A DNA stretch of 64,000 nucleotides, taken from NCBI GenBank assembly GCA_051011415.1, contig JBPCTY010000147.1, positions 8,405 to 72,404 of the forward strand. The letters are read 5' to 3'. The translations under genes and the position numbers were made by a program. Below are positions 39,371 through 48,983 of the stretch, one piece after another. This DNA comes from Acidimicrobiia bacterium (GTDB lineage Bacteria; Actinomycetota; Acidimicrobiia; Spongiisociales; UBA5794). The first letter of the stretch is position 1, and each line of letters starts with the position of its first letter. Below the pieces are notes generated by a model. The model did not search any database, was not told where the DNA came from, and was given only the letters and a program-made list of their open reading frames with translations.

Positions 39371-39420
39371 GATAAGAAGTGCTACTCTTTCCAATTCTGG
39401 TTGAGAAGGACGGTATTTCG

Positions 39421-40866
39421 ATGATCGATCCACTGATGTTCGGACACCGAGTTCGCCATTACCGCAAAAGAGCGGGGATGACGCTCGATGATCTCGGCAG
39501 CCGTGTCGGCAAGCCTGCGCCCTACCTGTCGCTGCTCGAGAATGGCAAAAAGGAGCCGAAACTGGGGCTGATGAATGATCTGGCCGTGGCCCTCGGCATC
39601 GACCTCACGGACCTTGTTGACCCGGAGCCTCCATCGCACCGAGCGGAGCTTGAGGTTGCGATTGAGAGATCCCAAAGGGATCAGGCGTATCGGGATCTGT
39701 CCCTGCCGTATCTCAAACCGTCGGCCAAGGTGCCTGATGTGGCGCTCGAGCACATCGTTGCGCTGTATGAAGAGCTGCGGGGCCGAGATGCCGCAGCCGC
39801 ATTCACCCGAGACGAGGCTCGAGCCGCAAACGCCCAGCTGCGTGCGGAGATGACGGACCGCGGGAACTACTTCGAATCGATCGAACGCATCGCCGGCGAC
39901 GCTGTTGCGTCGGTCGGCTTCTCTGGCCAAGGTGCCATGTCAAAGGGCGACTTGAACGCATTGGCCGAGCATTTCGGGTTCACCGTGATTCGGACGCCGG
40001 ACGTTCCGGCCTCAGTCAGGTCCGTTACCGACACCAGAAACGGTCGTATCTATGTGCATGGACGGGACAGTTTCGACTCAAAGCAGTCGAGGTCGGTGAT
40101 ACTCCAGACCCTCGGCCACTTTGCCCTCGAGCACCCCGAACCCAGGGACTTCGCAGAATTTCTGAGGCAGCGGGTTGAAGCAAACTATTTCGCAGGTGCG
40201 ATTTTGGTCCCGGAGACAGTGGCGGTGCCGTTTCTCCGGGAGGCGAAGACGGCGCGCAACCTCTCTGTTGAAGACCTGAAGGACCGGTTCTTCGTTTCCT
40301 ACGAGATGGCAGGTCATCGCTTCACGAACCTTGCCACTGAGCACTTGGATCTGGAAACGCACTTCGTCCGATCCGACGATCAGGGAATCATCTGGAAGGC
40401 CTACGAGAACAACGGTGTGCCCTTTCCGAGGAACTCAGCTGGCGCCATCGAAGGACAACGGCTGTGTCGTGAGTGGGGGACCCGGCAGGCATTCTCATCT
40501 GAAGCCAGGTACACAATCCACTACCAATACACCGACACTTCGGCCGGCACCTTCTGGTGCGCCACGTTTGTCGAGACTGCGAACGAAACAGCATCGGCAA
40601 TAACCGTCGGAGCCCGGTTCGAAGATGCACGGTGGTTCCGAGGCTGGAACACGGAGCGACGGTCGGTGTCTGGATGCCCAGATGGAGATTGCTGCCGGTG
40701 GGTGACAGACGAAATGGCCGAACACTGGAACGGATTTGCTCGGCCGTCGGTACGACCGAACTCGCATGTCCTTGCGGCGATGCCGGTGGAGACGATTCCC
40801 GGGGTTGACATGGTCGAGATCTACGAGTTCCTCACCAGGCAGGAGAGCGACGCCTACGACGGCTAA
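39421..40866 (+). CDS. ramB: XRE-family HTH regulator with an ImmA/IrrE-like domain, RamB/ScfR type
   Basis: Start refined to MIDPLMFGHRVRHYRKRAGMTLDDLG (XRE HTH). It is about 480 aa with the HExxH-like GHFALEH, and it is divergent from aceBA as in corynebacteria and mycobacteria. Confidence 0.65.
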   Translation: MIDPLMFGHRVRHYRKRAGMTLDDLGSRVGKPAPYLSLLENGKKEPKLGLMNDLAVALGIDLTDLVDPEPPSHRAELEVAIERSQRDQAYRDLSLPYLKPSAKVPDVALEHIVALYEELRGRDAAAAFTRDEARAANAQLRAEMTDRGNYFESIERIAGDAVASVGFSGQGAMSKGDLNALAEHFGFTVIRTPDVPASVRSVTDTRNGRIYVHGRDSFDSKQSRSVILQTLGHFALEHPEPRDFAEFLRQRVEANYFAGAILVPETVAVPFLREAKTARNLSVEDLKDRFFVSYEMAGHRFTNLATEHLDLETHFVRSDDQGIIWKAYENNGVPFPRNSAGAIEGQRLCREWGTRQAFSSEARYTIHYQYTDTSAGTFWCATFVETANETASAITVGARFEDARWFRGWNTERRSVSGCPDGDCCRWVTDEMAEHWNGFARPSVRPNSHVLAAMPVETIPGVDMVEIYEFLTRQESDAYDG

Positions 40867-42050
40867 CCGTCTCTGGTTGGTTCGAGCGCAAGCACTCTTC
40901 CCTCGATCGTGGTGATGAGCAGCTCGCCCTTGTGGTCAGCCGCGATTGACGTAATCATCCCAACCTGTCCGATGAACGGCTCCCAGTTGACCTCGGGACC
41001 GAGGGTCCCGTTGAGAAGCGGTGCGGATCGAATCCAGCCGATGCAAAAGTCCCCATAGAGGTAGTGCCCGAAGAGCTCCGGAATCTGCGAGCCTCGGTAG
41101 ACAGGTCCGCCGATCAGCGCACACGAACGTGTGCGGGGTATCACGAATTCGGGAGTGGTGAGTCCTTCGGTGTCACAGGGATCGGTCTGGAAGCAATCAA
41201 AGCCTTCCATAATCGGCCAGCCATAGTTGAGGCCCGGGGCATCGACGTCCGTCACGTTGATCTCGTCAGCAGTGTGCTCGCCGACATCGGCAACCACGAG
41301 CTGGACGCCATCGATTGTGAAGCGCCAGGGGTTGCGAAGACCGATTGCCCATATCTCGGGCCGGTTCTCGTCGCTGGTTGCGTAGGGGTTTGTCGATGGG
41401 ATCGCATAGGGAGAGCCTCTGTCGACATCGATACGCACCAGGGTGCCGCGGAGGGTGGTTGGGTCCTGGCCGTTCTTCCGTTTGTCTCCACCTCCGCCAC
41501 CATCGCCTAGGGAGAGCCAAAGCATGCCCCTCGGTCCGAACAAGATGCCGCCGCCCTGGTGGTACTTGTGTGGTTGCGTGACCAACAACACCGTCTGCTC
41601 GGACGACGCATCAAACACGTCCCCGGTCCAATCGAAGGACGAGACAACCACATCGCGGTCCTTGTTGGTGTAGACGGCGAATCCCCGAGAGTCCTCTGGA
41701 AACCGTGGATGCACAGCGAAGCCAAGGAAGCCCTGCTCATTGACGTCCCAGCCGACGGAACCTGTGATGTCAAGAACGGCTGTCGGGGGTTGGTCGGCCG
41801 CGATGAGCCTCCCCGTGCGTTCGACGACGAAGGTACGGCCGATGCCAACAGCCGGAGCGACAGCGACGGGTTCGCTCAATCCGGTCACTACCTCGACGAT
41901 CTCGAGACCGATCAATCGACGTGCTGGCTGATCCGGCACGGACGTGGATGTCGTCGATGCTGGAGGGGGCTCGACCACTGGAATCGATTCGTCGGCGCTA
42001 CACGCCGCGCATGCGAGAGCCGCCATGAGAATGAAAAGGAGGAGCCGCAT
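40863..42050 (-). CDS. PQQ-dependent sugar dehydrogenase-like beta-propeller lipoprotein (sorbosone/soluble glucose dehydrogenase family)
   Basis: Start refined to MRLLLFILMAALACAAC (lipobox). Family motifs GFLGFAVHP, HQGGGILFGP, WAIGLRNPWRF and GGPVYRG. Confidence 0.75.
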   Translation of the reverse strand: MRLLLFILMAALACAACSADESIPVVEPPPASTTSTSVPDQPARRLIGLEIVEVVTGLSEPVAVAPAVGIGRTFVVERTGRLIAADQPPTAVLDITGSVGWDVNEQGFLGFAVHPRFPEDSRGFAVYTNKDRDVVVSSFDWTGDVFDASSEQTVLLVTQPHKYHQGGGILFGPRGMLWLSLGDGGGGGDKRKNGQDPTTLRGTLVRIDVDRGSPYAIPSTNPYATSDENRPEIWAIGLRNPWRFTIDGVQLVVADVGEHTADEINVTDVDAPGLNYGWPIMEGFDCFQTDPCDTEGLTTPEFVIPRTRSCALIGGPVYRGSQIPELFGHYLYGDFCIGWIRSAPLLNGTLGPEVNWEPFIGQVGMITSIAADHKGELLITTIEGRVLALEPTRDG

Positions 42051-42102
42051 CGACGGAGGGTATAGCGCAAGGCTTGTTGAGAGGCATCGGTACGCTGCCG
42101 CC

Positions 42103-43350
42103 ATGCAACGCACGCCGAGACTTTCGTTTGCGATCGCGGTTGTAGCAGTGCTCGCCCTGGGTGCCTGCTCACCGGGGGGAGACGAATCGACCGCAGCAAC
42201 CTCTTCTTCCACTTCATCGGCGGCGACAACCTCCGCCGCGACCGGCGGATCGACCACGACCCAGCCAGGCACGCCATCAACCGATACGTCGACGACGACG
42301 CTGCCCATAGAGAATCTGCACGTGATGCTCACCGAGGTTGGGGCTGGGTTTGTACACCCTGTCCTACTCGTCGCCGACCCGGATGGTGTGGACGACTACG
42401 TTGTTGAACAGCGAGGGACGATTACGACGCTGACCGGGCGCCGACTTGCTCTCGACATTGCCGACGACGTCAGATTCGAGGGCGAGCAGGGACTCTTGGG
42501 TCTTGCGTTTCACCCCGACTTTGCATCCAACCGGCTCGCGTACGTGAACTATTCGGATGAAGACTCGGCCACGATCGTCGAAGAGTTCACGGTCGCTCCA
42601 GATGGCGATTTTGATGTCGCATCGCGACGAACGATCTTGCGGGTCGCACAGCCAGCGGGAAACCACAACGGAGGGATGATCGCCTTCGGTCCCGCTGGAC
42701 ATCTGTGGATCGGTATGGGTGACGGTGGTGGATCGAACGACCAGTTTGGTACCGCCCAGGACACAGCATCGCTTCTGGGGTCAATGCTTCGGATCTCTGT
42801 TGGGAGCGACACAGAAGGTGCGTATGACATCCCTGCTGACAACCCATTTGCCGGCGGAGCCGGAGGCGCTCCGGAGGTATGGGCGGTCGGTCTTCGCAAT
42901 CCATGGCGTTTCAGTTTTGATGGTGCGGATGTCTGGATTGCAGATGTCGGGCAGGCGCGCATTGAGGAGGTCGACCTCGCAGATGCAACAGTCCCCGGAC
43001 TGAACTATGGATGGTCTGTGATGGAGGGGTCGGAGTGCTTCCGCGAGGACAACTGCAATACGGAGCCTTTCGTTCTGCCGATAACCGAGTTCACCCACGA
43101 CGACGGGTGTTCGATCACAGGTGGCTACGTGTACCGGGGCAGTGCAATGCCTGAACTTGCCGGCCACTACTTCTATTCGGATTTCTGCGGCGGATTCCTC
43201 CGGTCCATTCGCCCCGGTGACGGTGATCGGGATTGGACACCCGATGTCGGTCGCATCCCGTCACCCACGGGCTTCGGTGTCGGGAGCGATGGAGAGATGT
43301 ACGTCGTGTCCCAAAGCGGCAGCATCGTCCGACTGGACCGCGCACCATGA
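42103..43350 (+). CDS. PQQ-dependent sugar dehydrogenase-like beta-propeller lipoprotein (divergent paralogue)
   Basis: Start refined to MQRTPRLSFAIAVVAVLALGAC. Motifs GLLGLAFHP, HNGGMIAFGP, WAVGLRNPWRF and GGYVYRG. Confidence 0.75.
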   Translation: MQRTPRLSFAIAVVAVLALGACSPGGDESTAATSSSTSSAATTSAATGGSTTTQPGTPSTDTSTTTLPIENLHVMLTEVGAGFVHPVLLVADPDGVDDYVVEQRGTITTLTGRRLALDIADDVRFEGEQGLLGLAFHPDFASNRLAYVNYSDEDSATIVEEFTVAPDGDFDVASRRTILRVAQPAGNHNGGMIAFGPAGHLWIGMGDGGGSNDQFGTAQDTASLLGSMLRISVGSDTEGAYDIPADNPFAGGAGGAPEVWAVGLRNPWRFSFDGADVWIADVGQARIEEVDLADATVPGLNYGWSVMEGSECFREDNCNTEPFVLPITEFTHDDGCSITGGYVYRGSAMPELAGHYFYSDFCGGFLRSIRPGDGDRDWTPDVGRIPSPTGFGVGSDGEMYVVSQSGSIVRLDRAP

Positions 43351-44213
43351 TCGTCGTCGTTGGGTCTGCGAACCGCGATCTGACAACACAGGTTGAGCGA
43401 CACCCCTTGCCTGGGGAAACAGTTGTCGCCCGACGGATGCGCGAATCCCACGGGGGAAAGGGAGCCAATCAAGCGGTTGCCGCTGCTCGGCTCGGCCAGT
43501 CGGTCTTGTTTGTTGGGGCCGTGGGCGACGACTCTGGAGCAGACGATCTTGTCGGCGAGCTCGTCGCCGAGGGTGTTGATACCTCGGTGGTATCCCGCAT
43601 CGAAGGTCCGTCAGGTACGGCCTTCATCACCCTCGCCGACAATGCCGAGAACTCGATCGTCGTCGTGCCGGGCGCAAACGGAATGCTCGAGATAAGCCCT
43701 GCCCAAAGTGCGATGATCGCCACAGCGGATGTCGTCCTTGCGCAATGTGAGGTTCCTGTAGATGCGCTGGAAACGGCTCGCAATGCGGCGTCAGGGATCT
43801 TTGTTCTCAACGCTGCTCCAGCTATCCGTTTGCCGCCGTCACTCATCGCATCGGTTGATGTGCTCGTGGTGAACCAGCACGAGCTTGTATCGCTCGCCGG
43901 GGGCACGGATCCGCAGTCCGCCCGCTCCCTCGGATGCGCGACCGTGGTGGTGACCCTCGGAGCTGATGGTGCCCAGATCGTGACAACCAGCGACATCGGC
44001 TACGTGCCCGCTCCCGACGTTGCAGTACGCGACACGACCGGCGCAGGCGATGCGTTTTGCGGTGCGTTTGCGAGCGCCCTCTCTGATGGTCGGGATGTGT
44101 TTGAAGCATCGGCATGGGGTGTCGCAGCAGGAAGCCACGCAACAACGATCGTCGGTGCGCGGTCTGGACCGAACCGGGCACGGCTTGAATCGTTGCTCAG
44201 GAGGAACACATGA
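43347..44213 (+). CDS. rbsK: Ribokinase
   Basis: Start refined to MIVVVGSANRD (ATGA overlap). PfkB motifs GGKGANQAVAAARLG and DTTGAGDAFCGAF. Confidence 0.75.
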   Translation: MIVVVGSANRDLTTQVERHPLPGETVVARRMRESHGGKGANQAVAAARLGQSVLFVGAVGDDSGADDLVGELVAEGVDTSVVSRIEGPSGTAFITLADNAENSIVVVPGANGMLEISPAQSAMIATADVVLAQCEVPVDALETARNAASGIFVLNAAPAIRLPPSLIASVDVLVVNQHELVSLAGGTDPQSARSLGCATVVVTLGADGAQIVTTSDIGYVPAPDVAVRDTTGAGDAFCGAFASALSDGRDVFEASAWGVAAGSHATTIVGARSGPNRARLESLLRRNT

Positions 44214-45133
44214 CGAGACCCATCATCATCGATACGGACCCCGGCCAGGACGACGCGCTTGCCATTCTTCTGGCTCTTGCGTCGCCCGAGCTCGATGTTC
44301 TCGCCATCACGACGGTGGCGGGAAATGTGCCTCAACCCACTGTGACCGATAACTCGAGAGCCCTGCTGGAGCTTGCGGGCCGGACCGATATACCTGTGTA
44401 CAAAGGATGCGAGCGGCCGCTGATCCGCAAGCTATACACCGCTGAGTACGTTCACGGTGATTCGGGCGTCGATGGCGCAGATCTGCCAACTCCGACTGTT
44501 GCCGCTGAGCCGGGGCACGCCGTCGATCTCCTCATCGAGGCTTGTCTCGACGCTGACGAACCGATCACGCTTTGTCCGATCGGGCCATTGACGAACATCG
44601 GAATGGCGATCGCGAAGGAGCCGTCGATCACCTCGTTGATCCGGGAGATCGTTTGGATGGGCGGCGCATTCGACGAACCAGGCAACACGACTGACCTCGC
44701 CGAATTCAATGCCTATGTAGACCCACACGCTGCGGCAATCGTGTTCAATGCACCTGTTCCGCTGACCGTGTTCCCACTCGATGTCACGCACAAGGCGTTG
44801 ATGACACCGAACTATGTCAATGCGCTGGAGACGGTGGGAACTCCTGTCGCCAAGGCATCGGCCGGCATGATCCGGTTCTACGAACAGTACGACATCGAGA
44901 AGTACCGAATAGTCGGCGCCCCGATGCACGACCCGTGTGTCATCGCATATCTGGTGGATCCAACGCTCTTCTCGGGCGAGCAGGGGCCGATTGATATCGA
45001 CATCGTGAACGAAGCAACGATCGGAAACACATTCTTCTCGGATCGCGATCTGCCAGGGCCACGAACAGTGATGACCACGGTGGATAGCGATCGATTCTTC
45101 TCCATGTTGGTCGAACGAGTGGCGACCCTGTGA
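44210..45133 (+). CDS. Nucleoside hydrolase (IUNH family)
   Basis: N-terminal IIIDTDPGQDDALAIL (DxDxxxDD) motif. ATGA overlap with rbsK. Confidence 0.85.
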   Translation: MTRPIIIDTDPGQDDALAILLALASPELDVLAITTVAGNVPQPTVTDNSRALLELAGRTDIPVYKGCERPLIRKLYTAEYVHGDSGVDGADLPTPTVAAEPGHAVDLLIEACLDADEPITLCPIGPLTNIGMAIAKEPSITSLIREIVWMGGAFDEPGNTTDLAEFNAYVDPHAAAIVFNAPVPLTVFPLDVTHKALMTPNYVNALETVGTPVAKASAGMIRFYEQYDIEKYRIVGAPMHDPCVIAYLVDPTLFSGEQGPIDIDIVNEATIGNTFFSDRDLPGPRTVMTTVDSDRFFSMLVERVATL

Positions 45134-46257
45134 GCAACGGACCGCTCGCGGGCACCACGGTTGTTGAGTTCGCGGGGATTGGGCCTGGTCCCTTCGCGTG
45201 CAGCCTGCTCGCAGACCTTGGTGCCCTCGTGGTGCGGGTGGAGAAGCCAGGAGCCGCAGATGTCGCGGTCCCCGGCGCAACCAGGCTTGGTGTTCGCCGC
45301 CGGCTGGTGATTGAGGCAGATCTCAAGACGGACGCGGGCATTGTCGCGGTGCGAAGCCTTCTCGCTCATTGCGATGCGGTTGTTGAGGGCTTTCGGCCGG
45401 GTGTGATGGAGCGCCTCGGATTTGGACCGGAGGACGTGCACGCACAGAACAAGACTTTGGTCTACGTTCGGATATCGGGCTGGGGGCAGGACGGCCCCTA
45501 TGCGTCGATGGCTGGACATGACATCAACTACATCGGGCTGAGCGGTGTGCTTGCGGCGATCGGTACCGATGAGCCAACGCCTCCACTGAACCTGATCGGC
45601 GACTACGCCGGTGGGGCGCTCTTTGCGGTCGTCGGCGCACTGGCGGGCATCCTCAGCGCGCGAGAGAGCGGCGAGGGAAGTGTTGTCGACGCAGCGATGG
45701 TGGATGGCTCATTCGCCCTGCTCGGTCCGATCGCTGATCTCATGGCGAAGGGTCTGTGGACGACCGAGCGAAACTCGAACCTTCTTGACGGTGGTGCGCC
45801 CTTCTATCGCACCTATCGGACGCAGGACGACGAGTACGTTGCAGTTGGAGCGCTCGAACCAGCCTTCTACTCCGAGCTGTTGGACGGACTGGACCTGGAC
45901 GTTGAGGCCATTCCGGACCGCACAGACAAGTCGGCGTGGCCGGAACTCCAGACGCTGTTTGCGGAGCGGTTTGCTGCAAGAACTCGAAGCGAATGGGCGG
46001 AGGTCTTCGATGGCACGGATGCATGCGTGACACCCGTGTTGTCCATGGACGAGGTTGGGGCGCATCCGCACAATGACATGCGAGGCCTCGTGACATCGTG
46101 GGAGGACCAGGCAGTTGCCGAGATTGCTCCGCGGATGGGGTCCGTCCGCCCGCTTTACCGTGCGGACGCCGACGTTTCCGATACTCTTGTCGCACTCGGC
46201 ATGCAACATGGGGTTGCAAACAGCCTCGCAGCCGCAGAGAAGAGCTATTGGGTGTAA
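45130..46257 (+). CDS. Family III CoA-transferase (CaiB/BaiF; alpha-methylacyl-CoA racemase-like)
   Basis: The N-terminus LAGTTVVEFAGIGPGPFACSLLADLGA is typical of the family. 375 aa. Confidence 0.8.
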   Translation: MSNGPLAGTTVVEFAGIGPGPFACSLLADLGALVVRVEKPGAADVAVPGATRLGVRRRLVIEADLKTDAGIVAVRSLLAHCDAVVEGFRPGVMERLGFGPEDVHAQNKTLVYVRISGWGQDGPYASMAGHDINYIGLSGVLAAIGTDEPTPPLNLIGDYAGGALFAVVGALAGILSARESGEGSVVDAAMVDGSFALLGPIADLMAKGLWTTERNSNLLDGGAPFYRTYRTQDDEYVAVGALEPAFYSELLDGLDLDVEAIPDRTDKSAWPELQTLFAERFAARTRSEWAEVFDGTDACVTPVLSMDEVGAHPHNDMRGLVTSWEDQAVAEIAPRMGSVRPLYRADADVSDTLVALGMQHGVANSLAAAEKSYWV

Positions 46258-46291
46258 AAGGTCAACGTCGACACCTTCTGTAGGAGGGACG

Positions 46292-47734
46292 ATGAGAGCG
46301 GTTGTAGTGGGTGCAGGAGCGAGCGCCCGCGAACTTATCCGACGTCTCGGTGACAGCTGGGAGGTCACGGTTATCGATCCGGACCCGGACCGATTGCGTC
46401 TCGCCGAGAAGGTTCGCAACGTCGACAGCGTCGTCGGCGATGGTTCGAGCGCTCTCGTATTGCGCAACGCCGGGATAGAAACAGCCGTCACGGTCGTTGC
46501 GGCCACCGGTTCCGACGACGTCAACCTCGAAGTCACGAGACTTGCGCACGAAGCAGGAGTGGAACAGGTCGTGGCGGTGGTCCGACTTCCCGATCGGTTG
46601 GACGAGTATCGGGATCTCGGAGCCGAGTGCGTGACACCGGCGTCGCTTTCGGGTCGCGATCTTGAGATCGCCATGGAGCCGAGGAAGCTGACGTCAACCA
46701 CGTTCGCTGAGGGCAAGGCCGAGGCCATCGAATTCGAAATCACGCCGGATTCACCCGTGCAGGGGATGGCGTTGAAGGAGATTCACTCAGAGAAGTGGGT
46801 TGTTGCAGCAATCCTCAGAGATGATCGACTGGTTGTCCCACACGGCGCCACCCGATTGCTCACTGGCGACCGTGTGACGGTCGTGGGGTCCGCTACCGAC
46901 TTCGCCCAGGTCGTTCGGACGTTTGCAGGCGGCGTGTCAAGATTCCCTCTCAACTTTGGACGCCGCGTCATCGCTCCGCTCCGAAACCGCCAGGACCTCG
47001 AGACTGCCGTTCTTGAAGCAGCGAACTTTGTACGAAACTCCAACGCGGTCGAGCTCATCCTCGTCCATCGGGATCCCGCAAAGATCAAGAATGCGGGCGA
47101 TGCTCAGGATCTCGAAGCCCTGATCGCCGAGACCTCCGCCGAGGCGCTCGGAATCGAGGTGGAGCACAGGTCCGTCGACACCGACCCGTATGCCGCGTTG
47201 AGCGAGGTCGCTCTCAACGAGAGTGTCGGCGTCATATGTGTCCCGTTGGCAACAAGATCTGCAACCCGGCCTTTTGCAGGTGTACCGAGGGCGCTGAACC
47301 GGTTGGGACGCACCGGGCTCCCGGTGCTGCTGGCCAGGGGAGATGCGCGCTTCTCCTCGATTGTCGCGCCAAGTCGGCGGACTATCTCTGGTGACGGGGC
47401 GGAGCGCGCCGCGATCGACATTGCAAAACGGTCTGGCAGCAAGGTGATCGGCGTGGCGGTTGCCAACCCAACCTTCATGGGTTCAGACGACTTGATGGAG
47501 AAGAAGCACGCAACGGCATGGCTGCGGCAAGAGGCATCGGTCCAGGAGGTCGAAGTCGAACGTCATGTGGTACGAGGCAACCCGGTAAAGGTTCTCGGCG
47601 AGATCACAGAGTCGGATCGTCTGCTTGTCGTCTCGATGCCTGAGCTTCCGATCAGCAGGCTGAACCCAGGGATTGCCGTGTGGGCCGCAGCAAGAGGCGA
47701 CGGCTCCGTCCTCTTCGTTCCGGTGGGCGACTGA
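46292..47734 (+). CDS. RCK (TrkA-N/TrkA-C) regulatory protein fused to two universal-stress-protein-like domains
   Basis: Start refined to MRAVVVGAGASAREL after an AGGAGGGA RBS. The TrkA_C segment (GKAEAIEFEI...GDRVTVVG) is followed by about 260 aa of USP-like alpha/beta repeats. Confidence 0.7.
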   Translation: MRAVVVGAGASARELIRRLGDSWEVTVIDPDPDRLRLAEKVRNVDSVVGDGSSALVLRNAGIETAVTVVAATGSDDVNLEVTRLAHEAGVEQVVAVVRLPDRLDEYRDLGAECVTPASLSGRDLEIAMEPRKLTSTTFAEGKAEAIEFEITPDSPVQGMALKEIHSEKWVVAAILRDDRLVVPHGATRLLTGDRVTVVGSATDFAQVVRTFAGGVSRFPLNFGRRVIAPLRNRQDLETAVLEAANFVRNSNAVELILVHRDPAKIKNAGDAQDLEALIAETSAEALGIEVEHRSVDTDPYAALSEVALNESVGVICVPLATRSATRPFAGVPRALNRLGRTGLPVLLARGDARFSSIVAPSRRTISGDGAERAAIDIAKRSGSKVIGVAVANPTFMGSDDLMEKKHATAWLRQEASVQEVEVERHVVRGNPVKVLGEITESDRLLVVSMPELPISRLNPGIAVWAAARGDGSVLFVPVGD

Positions 47735-47735
47735 C

Positions 47736-48983
47736 GTGGAGTTTGTCGTCGCCGTCGCGACGGAGGAGATTCTGCCGAGCGGTCTGACGTTCATTGTGAT
47801 CGGCTTCGCTGCGTTCCTTCTCCCACTTGTTGCGCGGGTTGTGCGGGTGCCTGCGGTTGTGCTTGAGATCCTCTTTGGGCTCCTGATCGGTCCGCATGTG
47901 ATCGGTCTGATCGGGTCAGAGACCGTTGGCGAAGGGTTCGTTCTCGTTCTGGCGGAGATCGGACTCTTTCTGCTGATGTTCCTTGCGGGGTTTGAGATCG
48001 ACTTCGGGTCGCTTGAACGGGAGGGGAGAGGCCCGATTCTGTTCGGTCTCGGTTTCTTCGCCGTCGTCGTCGGATTGTCGTGGTTTGGTCTTGGATTCGT
48101 CGAACTCGGAGGGACCAACGAGCGGATCTATATGACGCTGCTCATCTCCGCCGCTTCAGTCGGGATCATCATCCCGGCACTCCGGTCGACCGGCCGCGGT
48201 GCGACCAAGCAAGGTCAGATGACGATCGTGATTGGTATCCTTGCTGAGTTCCTGGCTGCGACCGGCATCATCGTGTTCTCCGTTTGGTACCAGCACGGAT
48301 GGAGCATGCAGCTGCTGGCTGTGCCTCTCTTTGCGATCATCTTGCTGGTCTCTCTCTGGCTCATGCGATCTCTTGCGTGGTGGTTCCCTGAGAGGGCGGA
48401 GAGGCTCTTTTCCGGCCACGATCCGGACGAGATCGGAATCCGTTTCAGCTTGGCACTTCTCTTCGTGTTCGTTGGACTGTCCCTCGTACTCGGTATGGAT
48501 CCCATTCTCGGGGCGTTCATGGCAGGAGCGATCTTCGCCTTCGTCTTCAGGGACAGCGGCGATCTTGAGGAGCGTCTGTCGGGATTCGCATACGGATTCC
48601 TCATTCCGATCTTCTTCATATCGGTGGGAATCCGGTTCCCGCTCGATGCGCTAGCCGATCCAGCGGTTCTGATCGCGGCGTTGTCGATCATCGCTGTTGC
48701 GATTGCAGCCAAACTGATTCCATCCCCCCTCCTTATGCTCCGAGGTTTGTCGTTCAAGGACAGCGCGGGGGCGGGTGTACTCCTCGCCGGTCAACTCTCG
48801 GTCATCATTGCATTGGCTGAGGTTGGCGTTGCCCTCGGGATTGTCGGTGAGGGCGTGTCGGCCGGAGCGGTCCTACTCGTTGGCGTGACCGCACTGCTGT
48901 CGCCCGTGATCTTCAAGATTCTCTCGCCACCGATTGAGCCAACGACCGCCGACAGTCGCACGGTTTCGGCAAGCCGGCCATGA
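47736..48983 (+). CDS. Cation:proton antiporter (CPA2/Kef-type)
   Basis: Start refined to the GTG at 47736, 1 nt after the upstream stop. Polytopic Na_H_Exchanger-type sequence (LLEILFGLLIGPHV). Confidence 0.8.
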   Translation: MEFVVAVATEEILPSGLTFIVIGFAAFLLPLVARVVRVPAVVLEILFGLLIGPHVIGLIGSETVGEGFVLVLAEIGLFLLMFLAGFEIDFGSLEREGRGPILFGLGFFAVVVGLSWFGLGFVELGGTNERIYMTLLISAASVGIIIPALRSTGRGATKQGQMTIVIGILAEFLAATGIIVFSVWYQHGWSMQLLAVPLFAIILLVSLWLMRSLAWWFPERAERLFSGHDPDEIGIRFSLALLFVFVGLSLVLGMDPILGAFMAGAIFAFVFRDSGDLEERLSGFAYGFLIPIFFISVGIRFPLDALADPAVLIAALSIIAVAIAAKLIPSPLLMLRGLSFKDSAGAGVLLAGQLSVIIALAEVGVALGIVGEGVSAGAVLLVGVTALLSPVIFKILSPPIEPTTADSRTVSASRP

